From positions 81,637 through 145,636 of the forward strand of contig DATJGS010000037.1 in the NCBI GenBank assembly GCA_035494735.1: a DNA stretch of 64,000 nt, in the 5' to 3' direction. This DNA comes from Candidatus Saccharimonadaceae bacterium. GTDB lineage: Bacteria > Eisenbacteria > RBG-16-71-46. The notes under the pieces are model-generated. The model saw only the letters and a program-made list of their open reading frames with translations. It was not told the DNA's origin and ran no database searches. A program made the position numbers and the translations under genes. This document shows positions 8,541 to 17,451 of the stretch, in pieces; position 1 is the stretch's first letter, and each line of letters begins with the position of its first letter.

Positions 8541-10952
8541 TCACGCCACCCGCCGCCCCGAGGCCGGGGTCGCGGTGCGGCGCCGCGCGCTCCACGCCAG
8601 CACCGGACCCAGCGCCATCAGCAGCGCCGCGAGCGCGGCCGCGAGCATGGCGCCGCGCGTGACGGCCGCCCCCGCGCTCCAGCCCGGCGGCTCGTAGCGC
8701 ATCTCGACGTGGTGCGCCCCGGCGGGCAGCGCGACGCCGCGCACGAGATCGTCGACGCGCACGAGCCGCGCCTCCGCCCCATCGACGCGCGCCGTCCATC
8801 CCGGCAACAAGGGATCGGCGACCACGAGGAACGCGCGATCGCCCGCCACGACGTCGAGCCGCAGCCGATCGGGACTGTCCTCGATCCAGCGCACGCGCGC
8901 CGTGCCGGAGCCGGGGTACGCGCCGGCCACGTCCGGCGCTTCGGCCACGGCTTCGCGGTCCGCGCGAAAGTCGGGCGCGAACAGCCGCGCGCGGGCCTCC
9001 TCGTCTCCCGCGGCGGAACTCACCCACGGCACGCAGTACGCGCGTGGCCGGGCGTGCGTGAGGCGGATGACGCTGCGCGGCCCGCTGGAATCCACGACCG
9101 TCCACACCTCCGGGTCGCCGGGCGTGTCGCGCTCGACCTCGGCGTAGCGCACCGCGAGCGCGCATAGCGCTTCGTAATGCGCCGGCAGGCCGGCCGCGAA
9201 CAGATCGCTCCATGCCCGGTCGACCGCGCCATGGACGCCCGTCACCGAGCGCGCGCGCCACGCGATCCAGTCGTTCGTCGAGACGAGCGCGGGGTCGAGC
9301 GGCAGGACGCGCGCCCGAGGATCCGCCGCCGCCACGCGCGCGAGCGCCGGCGGCGGCGGCGCGGCCAGACGCGCGGCCGGGGCCCGGGTGCCTGCGAGGA
9401 ACGGCACGCTCACCGACGCCAGGTCGAGCGCGTGCAGCGCGAGCGCCAACGGCAGCGGCCAGCGCCGCGCCGTGCCGTCGCGCGACAACAGCCACGCCGC
9501 CGCCGCGCCGCCGAGCAGCACGCCGCGCCACGCGAGATCGAGGCCCGCGGCGCTGGCCGCGGCTCGCGCCACGTCGGGCGCAATGCCGGGATGCAGCTGG
9601 CGGCTGAGCGCGGCGAGGCCGTCGCGCAACGGAAACGTCGCGAGGCTCAAGCCCGCCAGCGTTCCGAGCGCCGCCGCGCCGGCCATGCGCCCGAGCGCGC
9701 GGCGCGGCACGCGGCTCGCGGCGTACGCGCGGGTCGCGCGCTCGAGCCCCAGCGCCGACGCGAGCACGAGCGCGAACTGGGTGAGGATCAGCCACACCGA
9801 CGCCACGCGGAACCCGGCGAACACGGGCAGCGCGGCGCGCAGCCAGTGGTCGAGCGGCCCCAGGTGCGCGCCGAGCGCGAGCAGCACGCCGCACGCGCCG
9901 GCGCCGGCCAGCCACAGCACGGGACCGGACTCGCCGCGCCGCCTCGGCCAGGCGATCAGCGCGAGCGCAGAGACCAGGGTGCCCGCGAACGGTGGATAGT
10001 CGGTCTTGCCCATGCCGCCCCAGTACGCGGGCCCGCCGAAGCCCACGGCGCGCGGCCAGACGAGTGACACGAGATCGCGAAACGCGACGCTGTAGCGCTC
10101 GACCTCGGAGGCCGCGACGCCGCCCGGACCGCCGCGTACCGACAGCGCGCCGTAGGACAGCGCCGGCCACCACACCGCGGCGCCGAGCGCGAGCCCCAGC
10201 GCGGCCGCGGCGCCGGTCAGGAGCAGACGGCGCGGCGCGCGAAAGCGCCACGCGCGCTCGATCGCGAAGCCGGCGAGCAGCGCGCCTCCGGCCAGGACCA
10301 TCTGCGGATGCCCGGCCAGGATCTGGACGCCGAGCACGGCCGCGAGCGCGAGCGCGGCGCGCGCGGCCCGCGGCGTGTCGCGCGCCGCGAAGACGTGGTG
10401 CGCGAGCAGCAGCGGCACGGGGATGAGCGCGGCCGCGAACACCTGCGCGTCGTGTCCGAACGCGAGCGGCACGAGCAGGCTCGGTAGCAGCCCCCAGCCG
10501 ATGCCCGCCCACAGCATGCCCTCCACGCCGCAACCCCACAGCGCGCGCGCGAGCAGGGCCATGCCGAGCGTGCCGGCCAGGTGCGCGAGCAGCGGCGCCC
10601 ACAGCGGCGGCGCCCACGGCGCGCGATTCAGCGCCTCCCACGCGTCGAGCAGCGGATCGGGCAGGTACTGCGGCCGCGCGTCGGCGAGGCTGGCCGCGGA
10701 CGGCAGCCCGAGGAACACGTACGGATTCCAGAACGTGCGCGTGTGCGTGTCGCGCCAGCGCTCGCTCGAGTACTCGGCAAAGCGCCGGTACGAGGTCGCG
10801 TCGCCGGCCACGAACGCACGGTGCGCGAACAGTTCGGGCGCGAACAACGCGCTCCATCCGAGCGCGAGCACGAGGAGCGCGGTGGCCACGGGCCGCGCCC
10901 GCCCCCTACGCGCCGCTTCGACGTCTCGCGCCACTTCGATTCGTTTCGCCAT
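8541..10952 (-). CDS. Large polytopic membrane protein, YfhO/GT39-like putative glycosyltransferase.
   Basis: 803 aa, many TM segments plus a C-terminal periplasmic domain. Family assignment is by overall architecture only. Confidence 0.5.
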   Translation of the reverse strand: MAKRIEVARDVEAARRGRARPVATALLVLALGWSALFAPELFAHRAFVAGDATSYRRFAEYSSERWRDTHTRTFWNPYVFLGLPSAASLADARPQYLPDPLLDAWEALNRAPWAPPLWAPLLAHLAGTLGMALLARALWGCGVEGMLWAGIGWGLLPSLLVPLAFGHDAQVFAAALIPVPLLLAHHVFAARDTPRAARAALALAAVLGVQILAGHPQMVLAGGALLAGFAIERAWRFRAPRRLLLTGAAAALGLALGAAVWWPALSYGALSVRGGPGGVAASEVERYSVAFRDLVSLVWPRAVGFGGPAYWGGMGKTDYPPFAGTLVSALALIAWPRRRGESGPVLWLAGAGACGVLLALGAHLGPLDHWLRAALPVFAGFRVASVWLILTQFALVLASALGLERATRAYAASRVPRRALGRMAGAAALGTLAGLSLATFPLRDGLAALSRQLHPGIAPDVARAAASAAGLDLAWRGVLLGGAAAAWLLSRDGTARRWPLPLALALHALDLASVSVPFLAGTRAPAARLAAPPPPALARVAAADPRARVLPLDPALVSTNDWIAWRARSVTGVHGAVDRAWSDLFAAGLPAHYEALCALAVRYAEVERDTPGDPEVWTVVDSSGPRSVIRLTHARPRAYCVPWVSSAAGDEEARARLFAPDFRADREAVAEAPDVAGAYPGSGTARVRWIEDSPDRLRLDVVAGDRAFLVVADPLLPGWTARVDGAEARLVRVDDLVRGVALPAGAHHVEMRYEPPGWSAGAAVTRGAMLAAALAALLMALGPVLAWSARRRTATPASGRRVA

Positions 10953-11099
10953 GCACTCTTCACCACCCGGTCCGGTCGACGTTGGCTCTGGCGATGGAAG
11001 CGAAGCACGGCGCGTCCCGCGCGCGCCGCAGCGCGCTCACGCACGCGACATCCCGGCGACCGGCGTGGCGCGTACGCCAGCGAGCGGGCGAGCGGATGG

Positions 11100-11234
11100 G
11101 AGCGCGATCCCGACGCACGAGCGGACGAAGCGCGATCGCGGCGCGACGAGCGGACGAGAGCGCGATCGCGACGCACGGCCGGACGAGCGCGGGCGCGAAC
11201 GTCCGCGCCGAAAGCGTGGGCCGAAAGCGTGGGA
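11100..11234. repeat. Intergenic tandem repeats: about 30 bp x3 (GCGCGATCNCGNCGCNCGAGCGGACGA-like), then 14 bp x2 (gccgaaagcgtggg).
   Basis: Direct reading of the sequence; the units are directly tandem with no spacers. Confidence 0.7.
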
Positions 11235-11292
11235 CGGAGACTCGAAGCGGGAGTCGAAGGCGCGCCGCGCGCAACCGGATGTCGCGGCTTCG

Positions 11293-12147
11293 CTAGCGGG
11301 CGGCCACCCAGTCCGTGCCGCTGCGCGCGAAGCGCTCGATCAGGGACGCGAGCGCGTCCGGTCGATCGAGCATGATGAAGTGCCCGCAGCCCTCGAGGCG
11401 GGTCGGCGTCAGCCGCGGCACGCGCGCGTAGCCCAGCGATTCGGCGACGGCCGGCCACGCTTCGTCCTTGGCCCACGACCTCTCGGCGAGCACGGCGAGC
11501 ACCGGCATCCGGAGCCGCGCCGCGTCGCGCGACAGATCGGCGCTGAGCGCGAGGCGGATCCACGGCTTCACGTTCGCCGGGTCCAGTTCGCGCACCTCCT
11601 GATACAGCGCGAGCCCCTGCAGCGAGTCGCGTCCGAACGCGCCGTACGCGGTGCGCAGCACGTGATCGTAGTCGCCATCGAGTGCGCCGAGCAGCGCCGT
11701 GCGTCCGGCCGCGTCGACCTGCGGGCGCAGCGCGGTCTCGACCAGCACCAGGCACTTGACGCGCTCCGGATGATCGATGGCTTCCGCGGTGGCCACGAGG
11801 CCGCCGAGCGAGTGGCCGACGAGCACGACCGGGCCGCCGTCGATGCGCGCGAGCGCGCGGTCCAGCGCGGCCTCGGCGCGATCGAGGGAAAACGGATCGG
11901 GCATCTCGCTTTCGCCGTGGCCGGGCAGATCCACGAGCGTCACGCGCCAATGCGCGGCGAGCCGCCGCGCCATGGGCAGCCAGTGCGTGCTGCGGCTGCC
12001 GAGCCCGTGCACGAGCACGAGCGACGGGCCGCGGCCGAACGCATGGTAGGCCGATGGCGCGACCGGCCGCGCGCCCGAGAACGCGAGGGCGAGCGTGGCC
12101 ACGGCGGCAATCAACGTGAGCGAGAGCCAGAAGCGGGTTCGGTTCAT
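11293..12147 (-). CDS. Alpha/beta hydrolase-fold protein with a signal peptide.
   Basis: HGLG ... GHSLGG nucleophile elbow; start taken at MNRTRFWLSL. Confidence 0.8.
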   Translation of the reverse strand: MNRTRFWLSLTLIAAVATLALAFSGARPVAPSAYHAFGRGPSLVLVHGLGSRSTHWLPMARRLAAHWRVTLVDLPGHGESEMPDPFSLDRAEAALDRALARIDGGPVVLVGHSLGGLVATAEAIDHPERVKCLVLVETALRPQVDAAGRTALLGALDGDYDHVLRTAYGAFGRDSLQGLALYQEVRELDPANVKPWIRLALSADLSRDAARLRMPVLAVLAERSWAKDEAWPAVAESLGYARVPRLTPTRLEGCGHFIMLDRPDALASLIERFARSGTDWVAAR

Positions 12148-12240
12148 GGGCGGTTCGACGCGCGTGACGACGCGCATCGCCGCGGGGTTATCGGCAGGAG
12201 CGCGCCGGCGCTGAACCGGAACGACGGGCGCGATCCGGGC

Positions 12241-14202
12241 CTAGCGAACCGGCCGCGCGGCGGCGCCGGCGTCGTGGCGGCGCACCAGCTCGGCCGCGGC
12301 CGGCCACACTTCGGGGCGATGCCGGAGGTAGTCCTGCACCTCCGCGCCGGCGCCCGGCCGCCGGATCACCGCGCGCAGCGAGTCATTGGCCACCGCGGCC
12401 AGCTCGCTGTCACCGCGCGCCGTGGCCGCCCCGGCCAGGCCGAGCCAGCCCAGCGCGTCGCCGGGCGAGATGCCGAGCAGCGTGCGATACGCGCGCTCGG
12501 CGTCCGGCGGGTCACCGTCGCGCGTCGCGGCGAGCGCCCATGACAGGAACAGGCGCCGGGTCGGCGCGAGCCGTGCCGCGTTCTCGAAGCCGAGCCGCGA
12601 TTCCTTCCAGCGCCCGAGCAGATCGTTGCGCTGGCCCAGGTACTCCCACGTGCGCGCGCGTTCGAACGTGGGCCGGATCGGCGCTTCTTCCGCGAACGCG
12701 TGCGCGCGCTGCAGGCCGGCTTCCACGTCGTGCGCCATGAACAGCAGCTGCAGCGTGGGAACGACGGCGATGGCCGCGGCCGCCAGCATCAGCCGTGAAC
12801 GCTTGCGACGGACCGACGTCGCGAGGACCCAGGCCGAGAGCAACGCCAGCGTGGCGCCGAACGGCGCGAACACGTCCCAGTCGCGGAACAGCCCCTGCTG
12901 CGGCTCGACGAACAGGAACAGCGGCACCCAGCCGAGCGCGAGCGCGGCCAGCACGCGACCCGCCGGATCGCGCCACGCCGTGCGCACGACCGGCCGGGCC
13001 GCCAGCAGCAGGGCCGGCGCGAGCGGCGCGAGCACGATGATCGCGCTCAGCCGATCCAGCACCCACACCCCGCCGCCGACCGGCGCCGCGCCGCCGCCCA
13101 GCGCGGCCGGCAGGTGATGCCCGGCGTCGAACTTCGTGGCGATGCGCGCGAGCAGCGGCGCCAGCACGAGGGCGGCCAGCGCCGGAGGCCCGAACACGCG
13201 CCACGCGCCGCGCACGGCGCCGGCGCGCAGCCGGAGATGCGCGAGCACGGCGGCCGCGGGCAGCAGCGCGATCGCGGAACGGTGCGTCGCGAGGGCCAGC
13301 GCGATCGTGAGACCGAACGCCAGCGTGTGGCGGCCGTGGCGCGCGCAGCGCACCCCGAGCCACGCGGCCAGCACGGTGAGCACGACCAGCTCGCCGCTGG
13401 CCTTGGCGAATCCGGTGAGCAGCGCGAGGTGGCCTGCGAAGAACACGACGAGCGCGACCGGCACGCGCGCCGCGGCGTCGGCGATCTCGTGCGCGAAGCA
13501 CAGCGCGAGCACGGCCAGCGCCGCCGCCTCGAGCGCGCCCAGGACGCGGCCGAAGAGATTCGCGGCGCCCGCGTCACCGTGGGCCAGAGCCGGCGCGAGC
13601 AGGCCGTGGATCAGGCGATCGATGGGCAACGCCTGCGGGAACATGCGATCGAACGTTCCCGCGCCGTTCGCACCCTGGCGCAGCAGAAAATCGCCGAGGA
13701 ACCACGCGCGATCGGGCAGCGCGAGCACCAGCAGCGCGCCGGCCAGCGCCGCGAGCACGAGATGGACGACGGGCGGCGTGGGCGCGAGCGGCGGCGTGGT
13801 CGACGGCAGCCGCGGCGGCGCCGGCGTGAGAGACGGCGCGGTCGCGGGTCGCGCGGGCGCGAGTGTCGGCGCGGTCCGTGGCGGTGTCGGCGTTGGCGTC
13901 GGCGCGGTCCGTGGCGGAGCCGGCGCGGGCGGCGGCACCGCTCCGAGCGCGTGTCCGGCGGGCGCCGCGGACTTGGCCCCGCCCGCCGCCGACGTGGTTC
14001 GCGGCGTGCGGCTCGCGAGGAGCGCGCCGGCCACGATCAGCGCGAGGAGCAGCCAGCTCCCCCAGCCGAACGCGGGCGACAGGAAGCGCTGCTGCGCGAG
14101 CGCCCAGCCGGCGGTGCCGGGGAGCGGCGCGAGCGCGGCGCGCAGCAGGGTCGAGGCGATGGCCCAGCCCCACAGCGCGCGCTCGACGGCGCCGCGATTC
14201 AT
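12241..14202 (-). CDS. Polytopic membrane protein with a Pro/Thr/Ala-rich linker and a C-terminal TPR-like domain.
   Basis: Hydrophobic core and PTPTPTPPRTAPT repeats; C-terminal helical repeats. Confidence 0.6.
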   Translation of the reverse strand: MNRGAVERALWGWAIASTLLRAALAPLPGTAGWALAQQRFLSPAFGWGSWLLLALIVAGALLASRTPRTTSAAGGAKSAAPAGHALGAVPPPAPAPPRTAPTPTPTPPRTAPTLAPARPATAPSLTPAPPRLPSTTPPLAPTPPVVHLVLAALAGALLVLALPDRAWFLGDFLLRQGANGAGTFDRMFPQALPIDRLIHGLLAPALAHGDAGAANLFGRVLGALEAAALAVLALCFAHEIADAAARVPVALVVFFAGHLALLTGFAKASGELVVLTVLAAWLGVRCARHGRHTLAFGLTIALALATHRSAIALLPAAAVLAHLRLRAGAVRGAWRVFGPPALAALVLAPLLARIATKFDAGHHLPAALGGGAAPVGGGVWVLDRLSAIIVLAPLAPALLLAARPVVRTAWRDPAGRVLAALALGWVPLFLFVEPQQGLFRDWDVFAPFGATLALLSAWVLATSVRRKRSRLMLAAAAIAVVPTLQLLFMAHDVEAGLQRAHAFAEEAPIRPTFERARTWEYLGQRNDLLGRWKESRLGFENAARLAPTRRLFLSWALAATRDGDPPDAERAYRTLLGISPGDALGWLGLAGAATARGDSELAAVANDSLRAVIRRPGAGAEVQDYLRHRPEVWPAAAELVRRHDAGAAARPVR

Positions 14203-14203
14203 T

Positions 14204-15169
14204 TCATCGGCGCGCGAGCGCCTGCTGTGCGAACTGGGAGATCACGGTCGCGAGCGTGTCCGGCTGATCGGACGCGATGAGTCCCGCGGCCTTCGCGATG
14301 TGACGCGTCGTGACGCCGGCCGGGTCGTCCCAGCCCATGGCCTTGCTCACCTCCGGCCAGGTCTTGCCCTCGGGCAGCGCATGATCGGTGAGCACGAGCA
14401 GCATCGGCGTCTTCAGGCCCTTGAGCGAACGGCCGCCGTCCACGCTCAGCAACTCGCGCATGTACGACTTGATCGTGACCTGCGGCACTTGCGAGGCGAC
14501 GGCGTGGATGGCCACGCCCTGCGCCGAGTCGCGGCCCATCTTCATGAACACGAGGCGCAGCACCTGGTCGTAGTTCTGGTCCATGAAGTCGACGAAGTGG
14601 CTCTTCATCTGATCGTCGACCGGAATCGGCGAGCGCAGCGTGACGTCGATCAGCACGAGGCCGCGCTGGTGCTCGGGGTGCATGCTGGCCGCCATGAGCG
14701 CGAGCAGTCCGCCGACGCCCTGCCCAACGACGACCGTGCTCTCCGCGTTCTGCTTCGCGAGCACCAGGTCGAGGGACGCGGCCGCCGCCTCGAGCGAAAA
14801 CGGATCGGGCAACGCGCTCTCGCCGTGCCCCGGCAGGTCCACGAGCACGACGTGATAGTTCGCGAGCAGACGCCGCGCGGCCGGCATCCAGCCCATGCGC
14901 GCCGCGCCCAGACCGTGGACGAGCACGACCGTCGGGCCGTGGCCGAACTCCGTGGTCTTGAGCGCGACGGGCCCCGAGGCGGCGCCGGCCATGCCGGCCA
15001 GCGCCAGCGCGGCGAGCGCGAGCGGCGCGGCGGCGAGCGCGAGCGGCGCGGCGACGCGCGCGAAAAAACGGGCGGCCGGGCGCGCCCGCGGGTGCGGGGC
15101 GGCCGGCGACGAGGATGTCGGTTCAGCGGTCTCGGCGTTCTTCGCGTTCTTCGCGTGCTCGGCGTTCAA
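14204..15169 (-). CDS. Alpha/beta hydrolase-fold protein, paralog of 11293-12147.
   Basis: VLVHGLG...VDLPGHGES...GQGVGG. Start uncertain: TTG 15169 is proposed, and the table ORF extension to 15325 would read through the promoter palindrome. Confidence 0.7.
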   Translation of the reverse strand: MNAEHAKNAKNAETAEPTSSSPAAPHPRARPAARFFARVAAPLALAAAPLALAALALAGMAGAASGPVALKTTEFGHGPTVVLVHGLGAARMGWMPAARRLLANYHVVLVDLPGHGESALPDPFSLEAAAASLDLVLAKQNAESTVVVGQGVGGLLALMAASMHPEHQRGLVLIDVTLRSPIPVDDQMKSHFVDFMDQNYDQVLRLVFMKMGRDSAQGVAIHAVASQVPQVTIKSYMRELLSVDGGRSLKGLKTPMLLVLTDHALPEGKTWPEVSKAMGWDDPAGVTTRHIAKAAGLIASDQPDTLATVISQFAQQALARR

Positions 15170-15213
15170 TGAGTGCCTCCGTGCGGGCGCGATCTTACCC
15201 GCGATCTTTTCGC

Positions 15214-15242
15214 TTGCGAACTGCACGTATGTGCAGTACCGT
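15214..15242 (+). promoter_or_regulatory. Candidate sigma70-type promoter whose 17-nt spacer is filled by a perfect palindrome CTGCAC-GTAT-GTGCAG.
   Basis: -35 TTGCGA, -10 TACCGT, 17-nt spacer. The palindrome matches TGCNC-N4-GNGCA, which I recall as the Fibrobacter-type LexA operator. Confidence 0.5.
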
Positions 15243-15260
15243 GCCTCTCGCCAGGTCCCA

Positions 15261-15512
15261 ATGCGACTCGAAACCCTCGATGAAGCCGTCACCGTTCGCG
15301 CCGACTTCCAGGGCGGCGCCGTCACCCCGCTGGCTTTTCGCCGGCGGGGCCGCGAGCACCGGATCGTGCGGGTGAATGCCCGTTGGATCGACAGGGTGCC
15401 GCGGCATCCTCACTTCTATTTCTCGGTGACGGACGAGAGCGGGGACGTCTATCAGCTGCAGCTGCAGAGCGGCGACCTGGTGTGGTGGCTGGACTCGGTG
15501 ACGCTCGAATGA
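15261..15512 (+). CDS. Small hypothetical protein (83 aa), translationally coupled to the downstream Y-family polymerase.
   Basis: Protein-like composition (W, Y, F, D, E) and an ATGA stop/start overlap with the next gene. Confidence 0.5.
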   Translation: MRLETLDEAVTVRADFQGGAVTPLAFRRRGREHRIVRVNARWIDRVPRHPHFYFSVTDESGDVYQLQLQSGDLVWWLDSVTLE

Positions 15513-16987
15513 CGGGCGTCCCCTCCCTCACCGCGGCGCCGGGTGGAGCGCAACGTGCGCCTCACCCCTCTGCGACGCACAGGACGGCACCCGTCGAAGC
15601 AGAGCCGGGCGCCGCGGTGAAGGACGAAAACTCCGAGAGCGGTGCTGCGACCGACGCCGGTATCGCGGGGATCACCGGACCCGTCGGCGCAGCCCGCTCC
15701 GGAGCTGATGTTCCGGGCCGCCACGTCGGAAGCCCAGCCGCGCCGTCTCTGGCCGAAGCCGCGCCCGCCGCCGAGGCCGCGCGCGAAACCCTCGTGCTGC
15801 ACGTCGACATCGACGCGTTCTTCGCTTCGATCGAGCAGCAGCGCGACCCGCGCCTGGCCGGGCGGCCGGTCATCGTCGGCGCCGGCGTCATCGCGTCGTG
15901 CTCGTACGAGGCGCGTGCGTTCGGCTTGAAGGCCGGCATGCCGCTGTCCGAGGCCAGGCGCCTGTGCCCGAAGGCCGTCATCGTGGACGGCCACGCCCAG
16001 GTCTATCGCTGTTTCGCCGAGCGCATCTTCGAGCGCTGCCGCCAGATCGCGCCCGCGGTCGAGACGTACCTCGACGAGGCGTACTGCGACCTCTCCGGCA
16101 CGGAGCGCCTGCACGGCGACCCGCTCGCCGCCGTGGCCGCGCTCAAGCGCGACATCCGCGAGTCGACCGGCCTCGGCGTGACGTGCGGGCTCGGGCCGAA
16201 TCGCATGCTCGCGAAACTGATCGGCAAGACCGTGAAGCCCGACGGCCTCGCGCGCATCGCGGCCGTGGACGCCGAGGACTTCCTGACGGCGCGCCCGATC
16301 GAGCAGCTGGCCGGCGTCGGCCACGCGCACGCGCGCACGTTGCGCTCGATGAACCTGCACACCATCGGCGACCTGCGCGCGCTGCCGGTCGCCGCGCTGG
16401 AAGCGCTGTTCGGCGCGCCCGGACGGCAGCTCTTCCAGCGCTGCCGCGGTTTCGACACCATCGCGGTCAGCGAGCGCGAGGTGCCGGTCTCGATCTCGCG
16501 CGAGACCTCGTTCCACCGCGACACCGCCGAGCGCACGGAGATCGAAGGCATGCTCGAATACCTGGCCTCGCGCGCGTGCCGCGCGGCGCGCGACCTGGGG
16601 CTGCGCGCCCGCACCGTGGCGCTGCGCCTCCGCTACTCGGACGGCGAATGCCTCGAGCGCGCGCGTTCGCTCGGCATGCCGAGCGACGCCGATCCGGCCG
16701 TGGTCGACCTGGCGCGCGCGCTGCTGCAGCGCCTGTTCACGCGGCGCGTCGCGCTGCACGCGGTCGGGATGACGCTGTCCAGCTTCACGCGCACCGGCGT
16801 CGAGCAGGGCTCGCTGTTCGACGAGCCCGAAGCCGGCCGCCAGGCCGCGCTGTACCGCGCGTTCGACGGCGTGCGCGAGGCGTACGGCCACGGCGTGCTG
16901 GTCTCGGGACGCGCGCTGCACCTGAAAGGGCGGCTCGAAGAGGATCGCCATGGCTTCGTGCTGCGCACGCCGTCGCTGACCCGTTAG
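15509..16987 (+). CDS. dinB: Y-family DNA polymerase, DinB/Pol IV-like, catalytic carboxylates present.
   Basis: LHVDIDAFFASIEQ and YLDEAYCDL motifs. The first 95 codons or so are A/G/P-rich with lower GC3, so the true start may be GTG 15794. Confidence 0.85.
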   Translation: MTGVPSLTAAPGGAQRAPHPSATHRTAPVEAEPGAAVKDENSESGAATDAGIAGITGPVGAARSGADVPGRHVGSPAAPSLAEAAPAAEAARETLVLHVDIDAFFASIEQQRDPRLAGRPVIVGAGVIASCSYEARAFGLKAGMPLSEARRLCPKAVIVDGHAQVYRCFAERIFERCRQIAPAVETYLDEAYCDLSGTERLHGDPLAAVAALKRDIRESTGLGVTCGLGPNRMLAKLIGKTVKPDGLARIAAVDAEDFLTARPIEQLAGVGHAHARTLRSMNLHTIGDLRALPVAALEALFGAPGRQLFQRCRGFDTIAVSEREVPVSISRETSFHRDTAERTEIEGMLEYLASRACRAARDLGLRARTVALRLRYSDGECLERARSLGMPSDADPAVVDLARALLQRLFTRRVALHAVGMTLSSFTRTGVEQGSLFDEPEAGRQAALYRAFDGVREAYGHGVLVSGRALHLKGRLEEDRHGFVLRTPSLTR

Positions 16988-16997
16988 TCCACCCACC

Positions 16998-17023
16998 CCG
17001 CGCGCGCACTCGAGCGCGCGCGG
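16998..17023 (+). other. GC hairpin just after the dinB stop.
   Basis: 9-bp stem CCGCGCGCG/CGCGCGCGG with an 8-nt loop; no T-tract. Confidence 0.4.
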
Positions 17024-17042
17024 CAACGTCCCGGAGGATTCC

Positions 17043-17405
17043 ATGCCCGATCCCACGCTGCTCGGACTGCGCACCGTCGTCTACCGCACGCCCGACCTCG
17101 CGCGCGGCAAGGAGTGGTACGGCTCCCTGCTCGGCGTCGCGCCGTACTTCGACCAGCCGTTCTACGTCGGCTTCAACGTCGGCGGCTTCGAGCTGGGACT
17201 GCTGCCCGACGACGACGGCATGGCGGTCACGTATTGGGGCGTCGCCAAGATGTCGGCGGCGTGGCCGCGGCTGCTGGAACTCGGCGCGACCCCGGTCACG
17301 GCGCCCCAGGACGTGGGCGACGGCATCCTCGTGGCCAGCGCGCGCGACCCGTTCGGGAACCTGATCGGGCTCATCGAGAACCCGCACTACCCGAACACGG
17401 CGTAG
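17043..17405 (+). CDS. VOC/glyoxalase-bleomycin resistance family protein.
   Basis: 120 aa with the typical VOC-fold sequence pattern. Confidence 0.7.
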   Translation: MPDPTLLGLRTVVYRTPDLARGKEWYGSLLGVAPYFDQPFYVGFNVGGFELGLLPDDDGMAVTYWGVAKMSAAWPRLLELGATPVTAPQDVGDGILVASARDPFGNLIGLIENPHYPNTA

Positions 17406-17451
17406 CACGGCGCTCAAGGAGCGGGGGGCGACGTGCCGATACCACGGCATC

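Noticed and set aside
11100-11234. Considered whether the tandem repeats could be a CRISPR array.
   Set aside because: Units are directly adjacent with no unique spacers, are only 14-30 bp, and no cas genes are nearby.
15169-15325. N-terminal extension of the second hydrolase ORF (table start 15325).
   Set aside because: It reads straight through the promoter palindrome (encoding CTYVQF). The paralog has a normal signal peptide only, so the extension is treated as untranslated.
15383-16987. Considered calling the Y-family protein ImuB, given its proximity to dnaE2.
   Set aside because: ImuB proteins typically lack the catalytic acidic residues. This protein keeps the D-x-D (VDIDAFF) and DE (YLDEAY) motifs, so a DinB-like active polymerase is the safer call.
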